From assembly GCA_000092065.1 (NCBI GenBank), contig CP000594.1: a stretch of DNA of 64,000 nucleotides. One strand, given 5' to 3'. Each line of letters opens with the position of its first letter. Within the stretch, counting starts at the first letter, position 1. A program made the position numbers and the translations under genes. Source of the DNA: Ostreococcus lucimarinus. Taxonomy: Eukaryota. This document shows, piece by piece, positions 1-9,666 of the stretch. The notes beneath the pieces are model-generated. The model had not been told where the DNA came from, made no database searches, and was given only the letters and a program-made list of their open reading frames with translations.

Positions 1-1042
1 AAGCGATTGATGTAAAGAAATCCTTTCATGCGTAATTCTTCGACAAGAATGTCGTAACGACGCGTGGCGTCGTCGACAATCATCAAGTCTTCTTTCAACG
101 CGGCCGACTTCGCGGTCGTCGCCGGCGCATCGCGCGTTCCGACGTCTACGTCGTTCTCGTTCGGCGCAAAGAAGGTGACCTTTGCCTTGCCGCGCTGCAC
201 GGTGACGCGCCGAAACAGCTTGTCATCGTCGCACATTTTCAACACGCGTTTCTCCAAGACTCGCGGTGCAACGTCGTAGTCGCTCAAGATTTCCGCTTGA
301 CTAACACTACCACACTCGCGCACGCGTTGGCAAAGCTGCGTCTCGAACGTTTGTTCCGCCACGACGGCGGCGCGCGCGCCGCGGCCGGTCCAATCCGCGT
401 CGTCAAAATTCTCCTCGCCGTCGACGTCATTTTCGTCTACGTCGTTCGCGTCGTAAAGTCTCAGCAATCGCAACGAGTCACCTATATCGCCTAAAACGGG
501 TTCGACGTACTTTAAACGACACAACTGAAGCTTGACCGCGTTGAAGACTTTCGTCTGCTGCTTCATAGTTTTACCCACCAGCAACGACGAGTGCGCGAAT
601 TCCTCGTGCAAGCGCTCGCGGACGCTCTTGGCCAGCGCCGTTCGCTGCGGCGCCGCATCTAGTATTCTAGTAAACGCTTCGTTATACGCCGCGCTCTCAT
701 CCACTCTCGACGTTTCACTTCGAGCGAAACGACGCAGCCGCGCCACGTTCTCCGTCGCTCCGCTCCTCGCGTTTGTCTTTTTCAAACTCACCAATCCCGC
801 CCCCGCGAGCGTGCGCACGGCGTGATCCATGCTCTTCCCCCCGCACGCCTTGTTCAACTCGATCGTCGTGATCCCTCGCGCGCCGCATCGACCGATGATC
901 TCCAGCGCCCCGCGCGCGTTGTCGCTCAGCCCGTGTTCCCACGTCGCCTCGTCCCCGATCCCCAGCGCTCGCGCCCGCGTCGCCGCGTCCGCCACGAACC
1001 GCACTCCCGACGACATCGATCCGTTCTCCGCGCTCTGTCGCA
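1..1042 (-). CDS. Gene running off the left edge (3' part of the gene is outside the window). N-terminal winged-helix region resembling the B-block-binding subunit of TFIIIC (GTF3C1/tau138-like); the family call is tentative.
   Basis: Unbroken minus-strand frame from ATG at about 1042 (MSSGVRFVADAATRARALGIGDEATWEHGLSDNARGALEIIGRCGARGITTIELNKACGGKSMDHAVRTLAGAGLVSLKK ... DATRRYDILVEELRMKGFLYINR) down to base 1 with no stop. It is absent from the ORF track only because it has no stop inside the window. The motifs ALEIIGRCGARGITTIELNKA and RRYDILVEEL recall the first winged helix and the YDILMEKL motif of human GTF3C1; this is from memory only. The upstream Arg/Gly-rich stretch is open in the same frame, so the start is uncertain. 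Confidence 0.35.
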
Positions 1043-1702
1043 CCGCGTCGACCGCGCGCTCCAAGCGCGTCGTCCCGGTTCGTCGTCGCGTTCGCCTCCG
1101 CGTCTCGCCGTCGCCGCCGTCGTCTCGTCCATCACCATCGTCACCCCCCACGCGCGATCCGCCGCCGCGCGCACCGCCGCGCGCACGCCCGACGCTCCCC
1201 CGAGCGTCTCTCGCCGCCGCGCGTCGCTCGCGCCGTCCCTCGCGTCGCCCTCGCGCGTCGTCTCGTCGACGGTTGCGCGCGCATCGAAATGCGTCGCGAT
1301 TTCGCGCGCGTCCGCGCCGCGCGCGCCCGCGAGGGCGACGTACGCCACCGCGAGCGACGCGTCGCGCGCGTCGTCGCGCATGCGCGCGCGCGATCGCCGC
1401 GACGCGCGCGTGTGCCGACGCGACGCGCGTCGCGCGACGGGACGACGACCGCGCGCGCGACCGAAAACCCACGCGAGGCGAAACTCGGCGCGCGGTGTGA
1501 CCCTCGCGCGCGCGCGTCGAGGCGCGCACACGGCGCCGCGACGCGACGCGCGCGACGACGCGCCGCGAGGGCGACGTAAAAAACTCCCTCGACGGCTCGG
1601 ACGCGCGAAAGCGGCGAAACGACGCGCGCGACGACGCGAGCGACGGTGAAACGAGCGCGCGCGGGAATTTCGAACGATCGCGACGGACGGTGATTCCGCG
1701 CG

Positions 1703-3070
1703 ATGACGACGACGCTGGACGTCGACAGCGTCATCGAACGGTTGCTGAGCGTGCGAGGACAACCGAATAATCGAACGGTGCAGCTCGCGGAGGGAGAGAT
1801 CAGGGCGCTGTGCGCGGCGGCGAGGTACGTTGGAATGGTGGATCGATGACGCGCGGACGCGGCGGTGAGGCGAAGATCTAAGGGTGATTGGCGCGCGCGC
1901 GACGTCGTGGAGAGGCGTTGACGCGCGGCGTGCGATGAGGCGATATTTGCGTCGTCGCGAGACGCGAATGGAGGGACGAGGGAGGCGACGGGCGTCGAGG
2001 GAGGAGGGACGAAGCCGGGCAGTTGGAACGCGCGAGGCGGACGCCGATCTCGAGCGAACGCGACGCGCGTCGTCGACGGCCGAGCGCGGATGACGCGGGC
2101 GTTACGACTGGTGAATCGTTGAGGGTGATGAGGTGATGCGGAAGGATGCGGGATGGCGCGCGATGTGGCGACGAAGACTGACGAAATCGAAACTTTCGCT
2201 CGCTCGCTCGCTCGCAGAGAAATTTTCCTGGCGCAGCCGTGCTTGTTGGAGCTCGAGGCGCCGTTGAAGATTTGTGGTGACGTTCACGGACAGTACTCAG
2301 ACTTGTTGCGATTGTTCGAGTACGGTGGGTTTCCGCCGGAGGCGAACTATCTGTTCTTGGGGGATTACGTCGATCGCGGCAAGCAAGGCTTGGAGGTGAT
2401 TTGTTTGCTCCTGGCGTACAAGGTGAAGTACCCGGAAAACTTTTTCCTACTCAGAGGTAACCACGAGTGCAACTCGATCAGTCGGATTTACGGGTTCTAC
2501 GACGAGTGCAAGAGGCGCTACAACATAAAGCTGTGGCGCGTGTTTTGCGACGTCTTTAACTGTCTGCCGTTCGCCGCCATCGTGGATGAGAAGATCTTTT
2601 GCATTCACGGTGGACCGAGCCCGGAGTTGAAGGACTTGCAGCAGATAGTTCAAATCAAGCGGCCGACGGATATTCCCGACATGGGAATGCTTTGTGACTT
2701 TTTATGGAGCGATCCGGATGCGGATATACAAGGCTGGGGCGAAAACGACCGCGGCGTGTCGTACACTTACGGTACCGACGTCGTCGGCGATTTCCTCCAC
2801 AAGTTTGATTTTGACTTAGTTGTTAGAGCACATCAGGTGGTTGAGAACGGTTACGAGTTTTTCGGAAAGCGTCAACTCGTCACGGTGTTCTCGGCGCCGA
2901 ATTACTGCGGGGAGTTTGACAACGCCGGCGCGATGATGACGGTGGATGAAAACTTAATGTGCAGCTTCCAGATATTAAAGCCTGCGGAGCGCAAACTCAT
3001 GGGTGGTTTTGGGAGTATGATGGGCGCGCGTCCTTCCACGCCTCCTCGAACAGGCGGCGCGAAGACGTAA
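1703..3070 (+). CDS. PP1: Ser/Thr protein phosphatase PP1 catalytic subunit, 2 exons (about 1703..1824 and 2218..3070)
   Basis: Exon 2 carries [54 protein letters not shown] and [13 protein letters not shown]. The ORF-track ORF at 2153 lacks the conserved N-terminus. An upstream ATG at about 1703 encodes [41 protein letters not shown], which matches the PP1 N-terminus. That exon ends at AG|GTACGT, and the acceptor ...ctcgcag|A rejoins the frame exactly as ...[12 protein letters not shown]. The joined CDS is 975 nt, divisible by 3. Confidence 0.85.
1825..2217 (+). other. Spliceosomal intron of the PP1 gene (about 393 nt)
   Basis: GTACGT donor, CAG acceptor, and ACTGAC about 37 nt upstream of the acceptor. 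It is needed to restore the conserved PP1 N-terminus. Confidence 0.7.
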
Positions 3071-3146
3071 GCCTGGTTTGACAAATTTCGCGAGGCGACG
3101 AGAGATTGGGTGTCGGTATTGGAAGAAAGTTTAGCTCGAACTTATG

Positions 3147-3151
3147 TGTAA
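3147..3151 (+). promoter_or_regulatory. TGTAA motif in the PP1 3' region (candidate green-algal poly(A) signal)
   Basis: TGTAA lies about 80 nt after the PP1 stop. TGTAA is the established poly(A) signal in Chlamydomonas. The same motif recurs after several other stops in this window. Confidence 0.3.
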
Positions 3152-3394
3152 ACGAACTGGTATAACGCTAATCGCTTCATCGCCCTAACGTTCGCGCGCT
3201 ATATCGTTCTGCGAACGGTATTCTCCAACCTCTGCGACGGACGCGCGAAGCGTCACTCCGCGGCGCTCCGCGGCGGCTTCGCGCCGCGCGTCCCGAACGC
3301 CCGCGCGCGCCCGAACGCGCGCCCGAACGCACCGCGCGTTCGGAATCGTCGCGCATCATGAGTGGCATCAAGACCGCGACGAGAGTGCGCGGGG

Positions 3395-4348
3395 ATGCCA
3401 TCACGAACGCGCGCCACTCTACGAAGGGAGCCGAGGGGGAACAACCGCCGGAAAAGACATCGTCACCCACCGCGACGACGAAGCGACGAGAGCGCGAATC
3501 GAGCGAACGGGATGACTGGAACGAAAATTATAGCGAGCACGCGCGGTGTAACGCGCTCAGGGTGCGTGCGCGCGACGCACAGGCGGAAGAGTCTGTTCAT
3601 TTCTCTGTCCCAAAGTCGAGCGGGACGACGACGCCGTTTTGACCGACGAGCGAACGCGAACGCGCGACTGACGGTGCGAACGCGCGAGCGCGCGCGATCA
3701 TTTATCCAACAGATTGGCGCGAAACGCGATTTTGCGGCGGCGGAATCGATCGGGATACGCGTGAGAGGTTGGGACGAGAAGGACGTTCGGGACGCGGGCC
3801 GAGCGTCCTTTGTGGGCGGGTCGTACGAGTTTTTAAAACCGAGCGCGAGCGCGGCGACGTTCGGCGCCGGGTTCGTCCCGAACGGAACGGCGAGTGCGAG
3901 TGGTCGCCTGTCGTTGTCTGCGTCGCCGGGACGCGCGGGGGAGATTCGACAGAGCGTACACAAGGTGGCGCGACAAAAAGGCGTCTCGAGCGGTCGCACG
4001 TACACGAGCAAGTATCGCGGCGTCCATCAAACGTTTCCCACGGGGCGTTGGGAGGCACAGTTCCGCCGCAACGGCAAACCCACATCTTTGGGTTGTTTCG
4101 ATCGCGAAGAAGAGGCGGCAAAGGCGTACGATCGCATGATGCTTTGGTGTGAAATGCACGCCAGTCAGCTCGCCGTCGTATCGGCGTCGCCGCAAAAGCA
4201 AGGCGCGGCGCAGTTAAATTTCGACGTCGCGACGTATACCAACGACTTGCACGCCCTCGAGCACATGTCTCAGGATGATTTAATGTTAGAGCTGCGCCGA
4301 TTGGGGCGCGCGCAGGCGGGAGGGCAGCAGGTTGCGTTCGTCCCGTAG
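3395..4348 (+). CDS. AP2/ERF-domain transcription factor, 5' end uncertain
   Basis: One AP2 domain: SKYRGVHQTFPTGRWEAQFRRNGKPTSLGCFDREEEAAKAYDRMMLWCE. The ORF-track start at 3362 is GTG. The first in-frame ATG is at 3395. An overlapping ATG ORF in another frame (3358..3642) leaves the first exon or start unresolved. Confidence 0.55.
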   Translation: MPSRTRATLRREPRGNNRRKRHRHPPRRRSDESANRANGMTGTKIIASTRGVTRSGCVRATHRRKSLFISLSQSRAGRRRRFDRRANANARLTVRTRERARSFIQQIGAKRDFAAAESIGIRVRGWDEKDVRDAGRASFVGGSYEFLKPSASAATFGAGFVPNGTASASGRLSLSASPGRAGEIRQSVHKVARQKGVSSGRTYTSKYRGVHQTFPTGRWEAQFRRNGKPTSLGCFDREEEAAKAYDRMMLWCEMHASQLAVVSASPQKQGAAQLNFDVATYTNDLHALEHMSQDDLMLELRRLGRAQAGGQQVAFVP

Positions 4349-4408
4349 TCGACCTCGCGTCTGAAATGTCAAATCCGCAGCGCTAGTAGCCCCATTCTCC
4401 GCCCGTCC

Positions 4409-5326
4409 ATGTCCGTCGCGCCGTCGATCGCGACGAAACTCCGCACGCGCACGAATACGACCGCGAACGACGCGCGAACGAACGAATCAAGACTCGCGCG
4501 CGCGCACAGACGAAGCAAACGAGCGACGCAGACGCGAAGCATGTCCAACGATGATGCGTCGACGAGCGACGCCGCAGCGCCCGCACACGCGCCGAGCGCG
4601 TACGGGAAGCTCATGCAAAGCATGAACACCGCCGGTATCGCGCTTTTTTTTAAGTCATCGGTGACGGATCGCGCGCTGGCGATGCCGCAGGTGTCGTGCG
4701 AGGACGTGTCGCGGGTACGTTGGTCGCACCTAAAGTCGCTCGGGTTCGCGGGAGTCGTGTTCGACAAAGATAACACGCTGACCACTCCTTACGCGTTGGA
4801 AGTGCATGAAAAAGTGCGCGCGTCGTTGGAGGCGTGCAAAGAAGCGTTCGGGGCGGAGAATGTGGCGGTGTATAGTAACTCGGCCGGGTTGTTTCAATAC
4901 GACCCAGATGGGAAAGAGGCGGACGCAATGGAGCGCGCGCTCGGGATAAAGTTCATAAGACACGCCACGAAAAAGCCCGCGGGTGATGTCGACGACGTCG
5001 TTGCGCATTTTCCCTCGTGTGACAGCGCAAAAAAGTTAATCTTCGTGGGCGATAGATACCTCACGGATGTCGTCTACGGCAATAGGCACGGGATGTTCAC
5101 CGTCAGAGTCGCCCCATTCACCACCAAGGGCGAATCGCTCGCCATCAAGAGCGCGAGAAAAATAGAAGAATCCGTCGTCGCCCTGTGGCGCTCGCTCGGC
5201 GTCGCTCCGAAACCCCACGAGCTGTTATTCCCGGGCGGCGTCTCCTCGGACGCCGACGGCAAGTCTCACTGGACCCTCATCGACGGCGAACCGGCGTCGG
5301 AAAACCTCAAGCGCGCGCTTTTGTGA
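4409..5326 (+). CDS. HAD-IIIA phosphatase of the YqeG/GEP4 (phosphatidylglycerophosphatase) type
   Basis: Genuine ATG at 4409. HAD motif I VVFDKDNTLT, then IFVGDRYLTDVVYGN (motif IV-like). The N-terminus is Ser/Thr/Arg-rich and looks like a presequence. Confidence 0.6.
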   Translation: MSVAPSIATKLRTRTNTTANDARTNESRLARAHRRSKRATQTRSMSNDDASTSDAAAPAHAPSAYGKLMQSMNTAGIALFFKSSVTDRALAMPQVSCEDVSRVRWSHLKSLGFAGVVFDKDNTLTTPYALEVHEKVRASLEACKEAFGAENVAVYSNSAGLFQYDPDGKEADAMERALGIKFIRHATKKPAGDVDDVVAHFPSCDSAKKLIFVGDRYLTDVVYGNRHGMFTVRVAPFTTKGESLAIKSARKIEESVVALWRSLGVAPKPHELLFPGGVSSDADGKSHWTLIDGEPASENLKRALL

Positions 5327-5506
5327 TGTTCTAATTTGTCTCTATCGGCTCTTTGCCTTCACGCTTCGACCCCATCGCGCGCCCGCGCGCGCGCTCGCTC
5401 GCGCCCCTGGACTTATCTATCGGGTGTCCCCCTACCGACGTCACGAGACGGCGATTCAATTCGCCACTCCTCGACGCGCCCGCGTCGTCGACCAAGCCCG
5501 TTCAAA

Positions 5507-7674
5507 ATGAGCGCGCAACAACTCCTGAGTAACACCGTCGCGGTTTCTGCGCGCACCTCGCGCGCGAACGCGACGAACAAGTCGCAGCGCGCGAAATGCG
5601 TCGCCAAGCGGTCGCAGACTCGAACGAACGCTGTCGCCGAACGTACGTCGCGCCCACGCCTTGATGACGCCCGCGATGGACGCGAAGACGACGATGATGA
5701 TTTTTATGAAGCCCGAGCGCGCTCGAACGGCGCGCTCGGGGCGCGAGCGAGGCGCCAGACCCCTGGTTTCGGCGAAAAGCGCCGCCGCCGCCACGCGTCT
5801 TATCCACAGAACGAACGACTGACGGATGAAAATGAGCGATTTTGACGCACGCAGCGACGGTGACGGCGGGCGCGACGGCGAGAGATGAAATCAGAAACAT
5901 TGCCATCATCGCGCACGTCGATCACGGCAAGACGACGCTTGTTGACTCGATGTTGGCGCAATCGAAGGTGTTTCGGGACAACGAAAAAGTGGAGGAACGC
6001 ATCATGGACTCGAACGATCTCGAACGCGAGCGTGGGATCACGATTCTGTCGAAGAACACGGCGGTGACTTACAAGGATAAGAAGATTAACATCATCGATA
6101 CTCCGGGTCACGCTGATTTCGGTGGGGAAGTCGAACGCGTGTTGAACATGGTGGACGGCGTGCTTTTGCTCGTGGACAGCGTCGAAGGGCCGATGCCGCA
6201 GACGCGTTTCGTGTTGAAGAAGGCGTTGGAGATTGGTCTTAAGGTTGTCGTTGTCGTCAACAAGATTGATCGCGAGGGTGCGCGCCCGGATTATGTGGTT
6301 GATACCACGTTTGATTTGTTTTGCAACCTCGGCGCGACGGATGAGCAGTGTGAGTTCCCGGTTGTCTACGCCTCGGGCTTCCAAGGCATCGCCGGTATGG
6401 AGCCGGATCAGCTCTCCGATTCACTCGAACCGTTGTTTGAAATGATCGTGAACGAAGTCCCGGCCCCAGTCGGAGACGTGACCGCGCCGCTTCAAATGTT
6501 GGTGACCAACTTGGACTACGACGAATTCAAGGGACGCATCGCGCTCGGCCGCGTTCGCGCGGGCACCATGACCAAGGCGACCAACGTCAAGATTGGCGTC
6601 CCGGACAAGGATGCTCGTAATGGCAAGGTCACCGAAGTGTTCATCTACAACAACTTCGTCCGCTCGCCGGTCGACTCCGTCGGCGCTGGTGACATTTGCG
6701 CCATCGCCGGTCTTCCGGACGTCATGATTGGCGAAACCATCATGGTCGAAGGCTCTAAGCCGCTCCCGACGATTACCGTCGAAGAGCCCACCGTTCGTAT
6801 GTCCATGTCCGTGAACACGTCTCCGTTCGCCGGCCAAGAAGGCAAATACGTCACTTCCCGTAACTTGAAAGCGCGACTCGACCAAGAACTCGAGCGCAAC
6901 TTGGCGCTCAAGGTTGAACCGGGTGACACAGCCGATACCTTTGTTATTTGCGGTCGCGGTGCTCTCCACATCACGATTTTGATCGAAACCATGCGCCGTG
7001 AGGGGTACGAGTTCACGATTGGCCCGCCGGAAGTCATCACGAAGAAGGATGCCGATGGCCACAAGGTTGAGCCGTACGAGGAAGCCTTCGTCGAGGTGCC
7101 GGAGGAGTACACGGGCTCGTGCGTCGATTTGCTCGCCAACCGCAAGGGTCAAATGCTTGACCTCGTCACTGACGACAAGGGTCAAACGAAGATGAAGTAC
7201 AAGGTCCCTACGCGCGGTTTGCTCGGCTTGCGCAACGCCATTTTGACTGCCACTCGCGGTACCGCCGTGTTGAACACAAACTTTGACGAGTACGGCCCGT
7301 GGGCTGGCGACATTTCCATGCGCGACCAAGGGTCGCTCATCGCGCACGAAACCGGCCAAGTCACTACTTACGCCATTCAAAGCGCGCAAGATCGCGGCAT
7401 TTTGATCGTCAAGCCGGGTGCCGAAGTCTACGAAGGCCAAGTTGTCGGCATTCACCAGCGTGCTGGTGACTTGAAGGTCAACGTGTGTAAGAAGAAAGCG
7501 GCGACCAACGTTCGTTCGAACAAGGACGCTACCGTCGTGCTCAACGAATCCAAGGAATTGAGCTTGGACGATTGCGTCGAATACATCGCGCAAGACGAAC
7601 TCGTCGAAGTCACGCCGCTTTCGATCCGCATTTGCAAGAACACGAAGATGAAGACGCGCAACAAGAAGAACTAA
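5507..7674 (+). CDS. typA: TypA/BipA translational GTPase, probably plastid-targeted. The main exon 5855..7674 is secure; the upstream transit-peptide exon 5507..5642 is a proposal.
   Basis: [16 protein letters not shown] (G1), [13 protein letters not shown] and full EF-G-like domains through to the C-terminus. The ORF-track start at 5842 is TTG, preceded by an in-frame TGA at 5833, so no ATG can open this frame. An upstream ATG at 5507 ([45 protein letters not shown], transit-peptide-like) sits in another frame. A GTACGT donor at 5643 and a cgcag acceptor ending at 5854, with ACTGAC 33 nt upstream, join the two frames. The total CDS is then 1956 nt, divisible by 3. Confidence 0.7.
5643..5854 (+). 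other. Proposed intron of the TypA gene (about 212 nt)
   Basis: GTACGT donor, ACTGAC branch-like motif, CAG acceptor. It is needed to provide an ATG and a transit peptide. Other splice sites are possible. Confidence 0.4.
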
Positions 7675-7781
7675 AGTCCTTCGCGTCCTTTGCGTGCATG
7701 TGTATCATTTCTATTCATTCCACCATTCTTTAGTGTTAGAGTTTGCCTATTCAGCGAGTTTGATGCCATTTCAATATAAAA

Positions 7782-7823
7782 TACAAAGCCATTGCTTATC
7801 AGTACAAAGCCATTGCTTATCAG
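7782..7823. repeat. Perfect tandem duplication of the 21-mer TACAAAGCCATTGCTTATCAG in the convergent 3' region between TypA and the REP gene
   Basis: The two copies are directly adjacent. The last bases of copy 2 overlap the REP stop codon (7820..7822, minus strand). Confidence 0.8.
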
Positions 7824-9478
7824 TCTTCGAGCATCGCGTCCATGTCGTCGTCGCCCGTCGTCTCCTTCGGCTCACCTTCTGTGAGCGGAAACATCTCCTG
7901 GTCGTCGCCGAAGAGCGCTTTGTACGCACGCTCAGCGGCGCGTAAAGCGCCCTCGAACGTCGCAAGTTCGTCTGGTCCAGGACAATATGCCACGTTCGAT
8001 GACGAGCATTCGATGTCGTCGAGATGACCGCACCGTCTCTTGTACATCGTGCCCCAAAGAACTTCGGGTTTTTCGACGTCGGCGCCGAATGCGCTCGCCG
8101 TAGAGGATACTTCGCCTCGGCGTACTAGCACGTCTAGCGCGGCATTTAAGCCTGCATAGGGATCGACGTTTACATCATCCACGACAGTGGAGAGATACAA
8201 AAGGTACTTGCCCTCTGGACAACACCCCGTGTGCGAGCCCACTTGAAGCGCGCGGATGACGGCGGTTTGCGCATCGGCGGCGCTCAAAGGCGGGAACACG
8301 ACGAGCATCTGGCCGTACTCCGCGACCAACGGCGCGTCTAAAATACACACAGCGTGCACCAAAAGCGGTCCACTGGAACGCTCAGGCGCTGGTACGATGA
8401 ATTTTCTCGCACGAATCTCTTGACCGCCCGTCGAAATCGCCGCCGAAATCGTCGTCGAGGCGTCCAACTCGCGAACGCCTTGACGCAAGACGTACGTCGC
8501 ACCATCCACGGCACCAACGCGACAGAACGCTTGCGGGATATCACCGGCACCGTACACAGGAATTAAGCACGCTCCAGTCTGCGGACCGTACTTGGCCACG
8601 CTCAAAATGTACACTTTTAAATCTTCGAGCGCCGTCGCCGCGGCGCAATCCGCTCTCGTTTGTAACGCCAGCGCGTAAGTCACGGCCGCACGAAGACTCG
8701 CGCTGAGCCCGTGCCGCGTCAAAAACGCATCCATCGTTTCGCCGTTTTCCACGCGCAATCCCTCGGCGTCGTCGTCGTCTTTCGTCGTTTGGAATTCGTC
8801 GCCGCCCCACTCGCTTCCCGGCGCGCCCACGGCGACGTTTGTCTCTTCCCCGCTCTTCCCACTTCGCCGCCGTCCGGTCGCGTCCCGCATCGCCTCCACG
8901 TGTACCGCCTTCAAAAACCGCATCAACGCCCGTTTCTCGCCCCCGGACAACCCTCGATCCTTGAACACGTCGCTTCGATTACTCGCCACCGCTCGAGCGA
9001 CGCCGTCCGCGTACACGAACGTCCGCTCGATCGCCTTGAACTCCAAATACTTGTGCGCTCCCGATCGCACGAGCGTTTCCACGAACCCATCCGCGCCGAG
9101 CGCCAATCGCGGGGCGTTTAAATCGATCGAGTACCCTCTCGCCGGCGCGTTCGCGTCCTCGTTCGCCGACCGCCGCAACCGCCTCGACGCCGTGTCGTCC
9201 ACGCGTCCCGTCTTCGCGTCCACGCACGTCCCGAACGTCTCCCACGCGTTCTCTCCGTCGATCGCATCGCTCGCGAACAGCCCGCGCGCGGGCGTCGTCG
9301 CCGCGAACGCACCGAACGCGTCGCCGTAAGATGTCCCGGCGTCCAGGCAAACGACGCGCTCGCCGCGCCGCGCGATCGCCGCGGCGAGCACCGCCTGCGG
9401 GAGCGCGGTGCCGACGATCAGGACGTCGCACGACTTCGGCAGGTCGAACTCGTCGCCGCGCGCGTCGTTCGCGGGCAT
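7820..9478 (-). CDS. Rab escort protein / Rab GDP-dissociation inhibitor family (REP-like, with insertions)
   Basis: The N-terminus DEFDLPKSCDVLIVGTALPQAVLAAAIARRGERVVCLDAGTSYG has a GDI-type FAD-fold start. Also SRRLRRS, EKRALMRFLKAV and YGAGDIPQAFCRVGAVDGATYVL (the GDI signature). The ORF-track start at 9652 is TTG. The first ATG, at 9478 (MPANDARGDEFDLPK), aligns with the start of GDI. Confidence 0.75.
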   Translation of the reverse strand: MPANDARGDEFDLPKSCDVLIVGTALPQAVLAAAIARRGERVVCLDAGTSYGDAFGAFAATTPARGLFASDAIDGENAWETFGTCVDAKTGRVDDTASRRLRRSANEDANAPARGYSIDLNAPRLALGADGFVETLVRSGAHKYLEFKAIERTFVYADGVARAVASNRSDVFKDRGLSGGEKRALMRFLKAVHVEAMRDATGRRRSGKSGEETNVAVGAPGSEWGGDEFQTTKDDDDAEGLRVENGETMDAFLTRHGLSASLRAAVTYALALQTRADCAAATALEDLKVYILSVAKYGPQTGACLIPVYGAGDIPQAFCRVGAVDGATYVLRQGVRELDASTTISAAISTGGQEIRARKFIVPAPERSSGPLLVHAVCILDAPLVAEYGQMLVVFPPLSAADAQTAVIRALQVGSHTGCCPEGKYLLYLSTVVDDVNVDPYAGLNAALDVLVRRGEVSSTASAFGADVEKPEVLWGTMYKRRCGHLDDIECSSSNVAYCPGPDELATFEGALRAAERAYKALFGDDQEMFPLTEGEPKETTGDDDMDAMLED

Positions 9479-9666
9479 CGCGCGCGCGATGTGGCGGACG
9501 GTCGGTTCGCGCGCCGCGCGCGAGCGCGCGAACGCGCGGCGACCGATCGGCGGTGACGCGTCGGACGACGACGAAGCGCGGTCGTTCACGACGGCGCCTC
9601 GAGCGCGGCGACGGGCGCGAGGGACGTCTCGACGCGTAGAATTGATTGGCAAACTAACGACGACGG

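Noticed and set aside
926-1762. Several overlapping ORFs in the track at 822..1762 on both strands
   Set aside because: They are mutually overlapping in a GC-saturated Arg/Ala-rich region and have no domain content. The real coding frame there, if any, belongs to the left-edge minus-strand gene in a different frame.
2120-2185. Intronic C/D-box snoRNA in the PP1 intron
   Set aside because: It is kept only as a low-confidence remark inside a finding. The candidate D box (CTGA) coincides with the ACTGAC branch-point motif. The C-D spacing of about 45 nt is short, and no convincing terminal stem was found.
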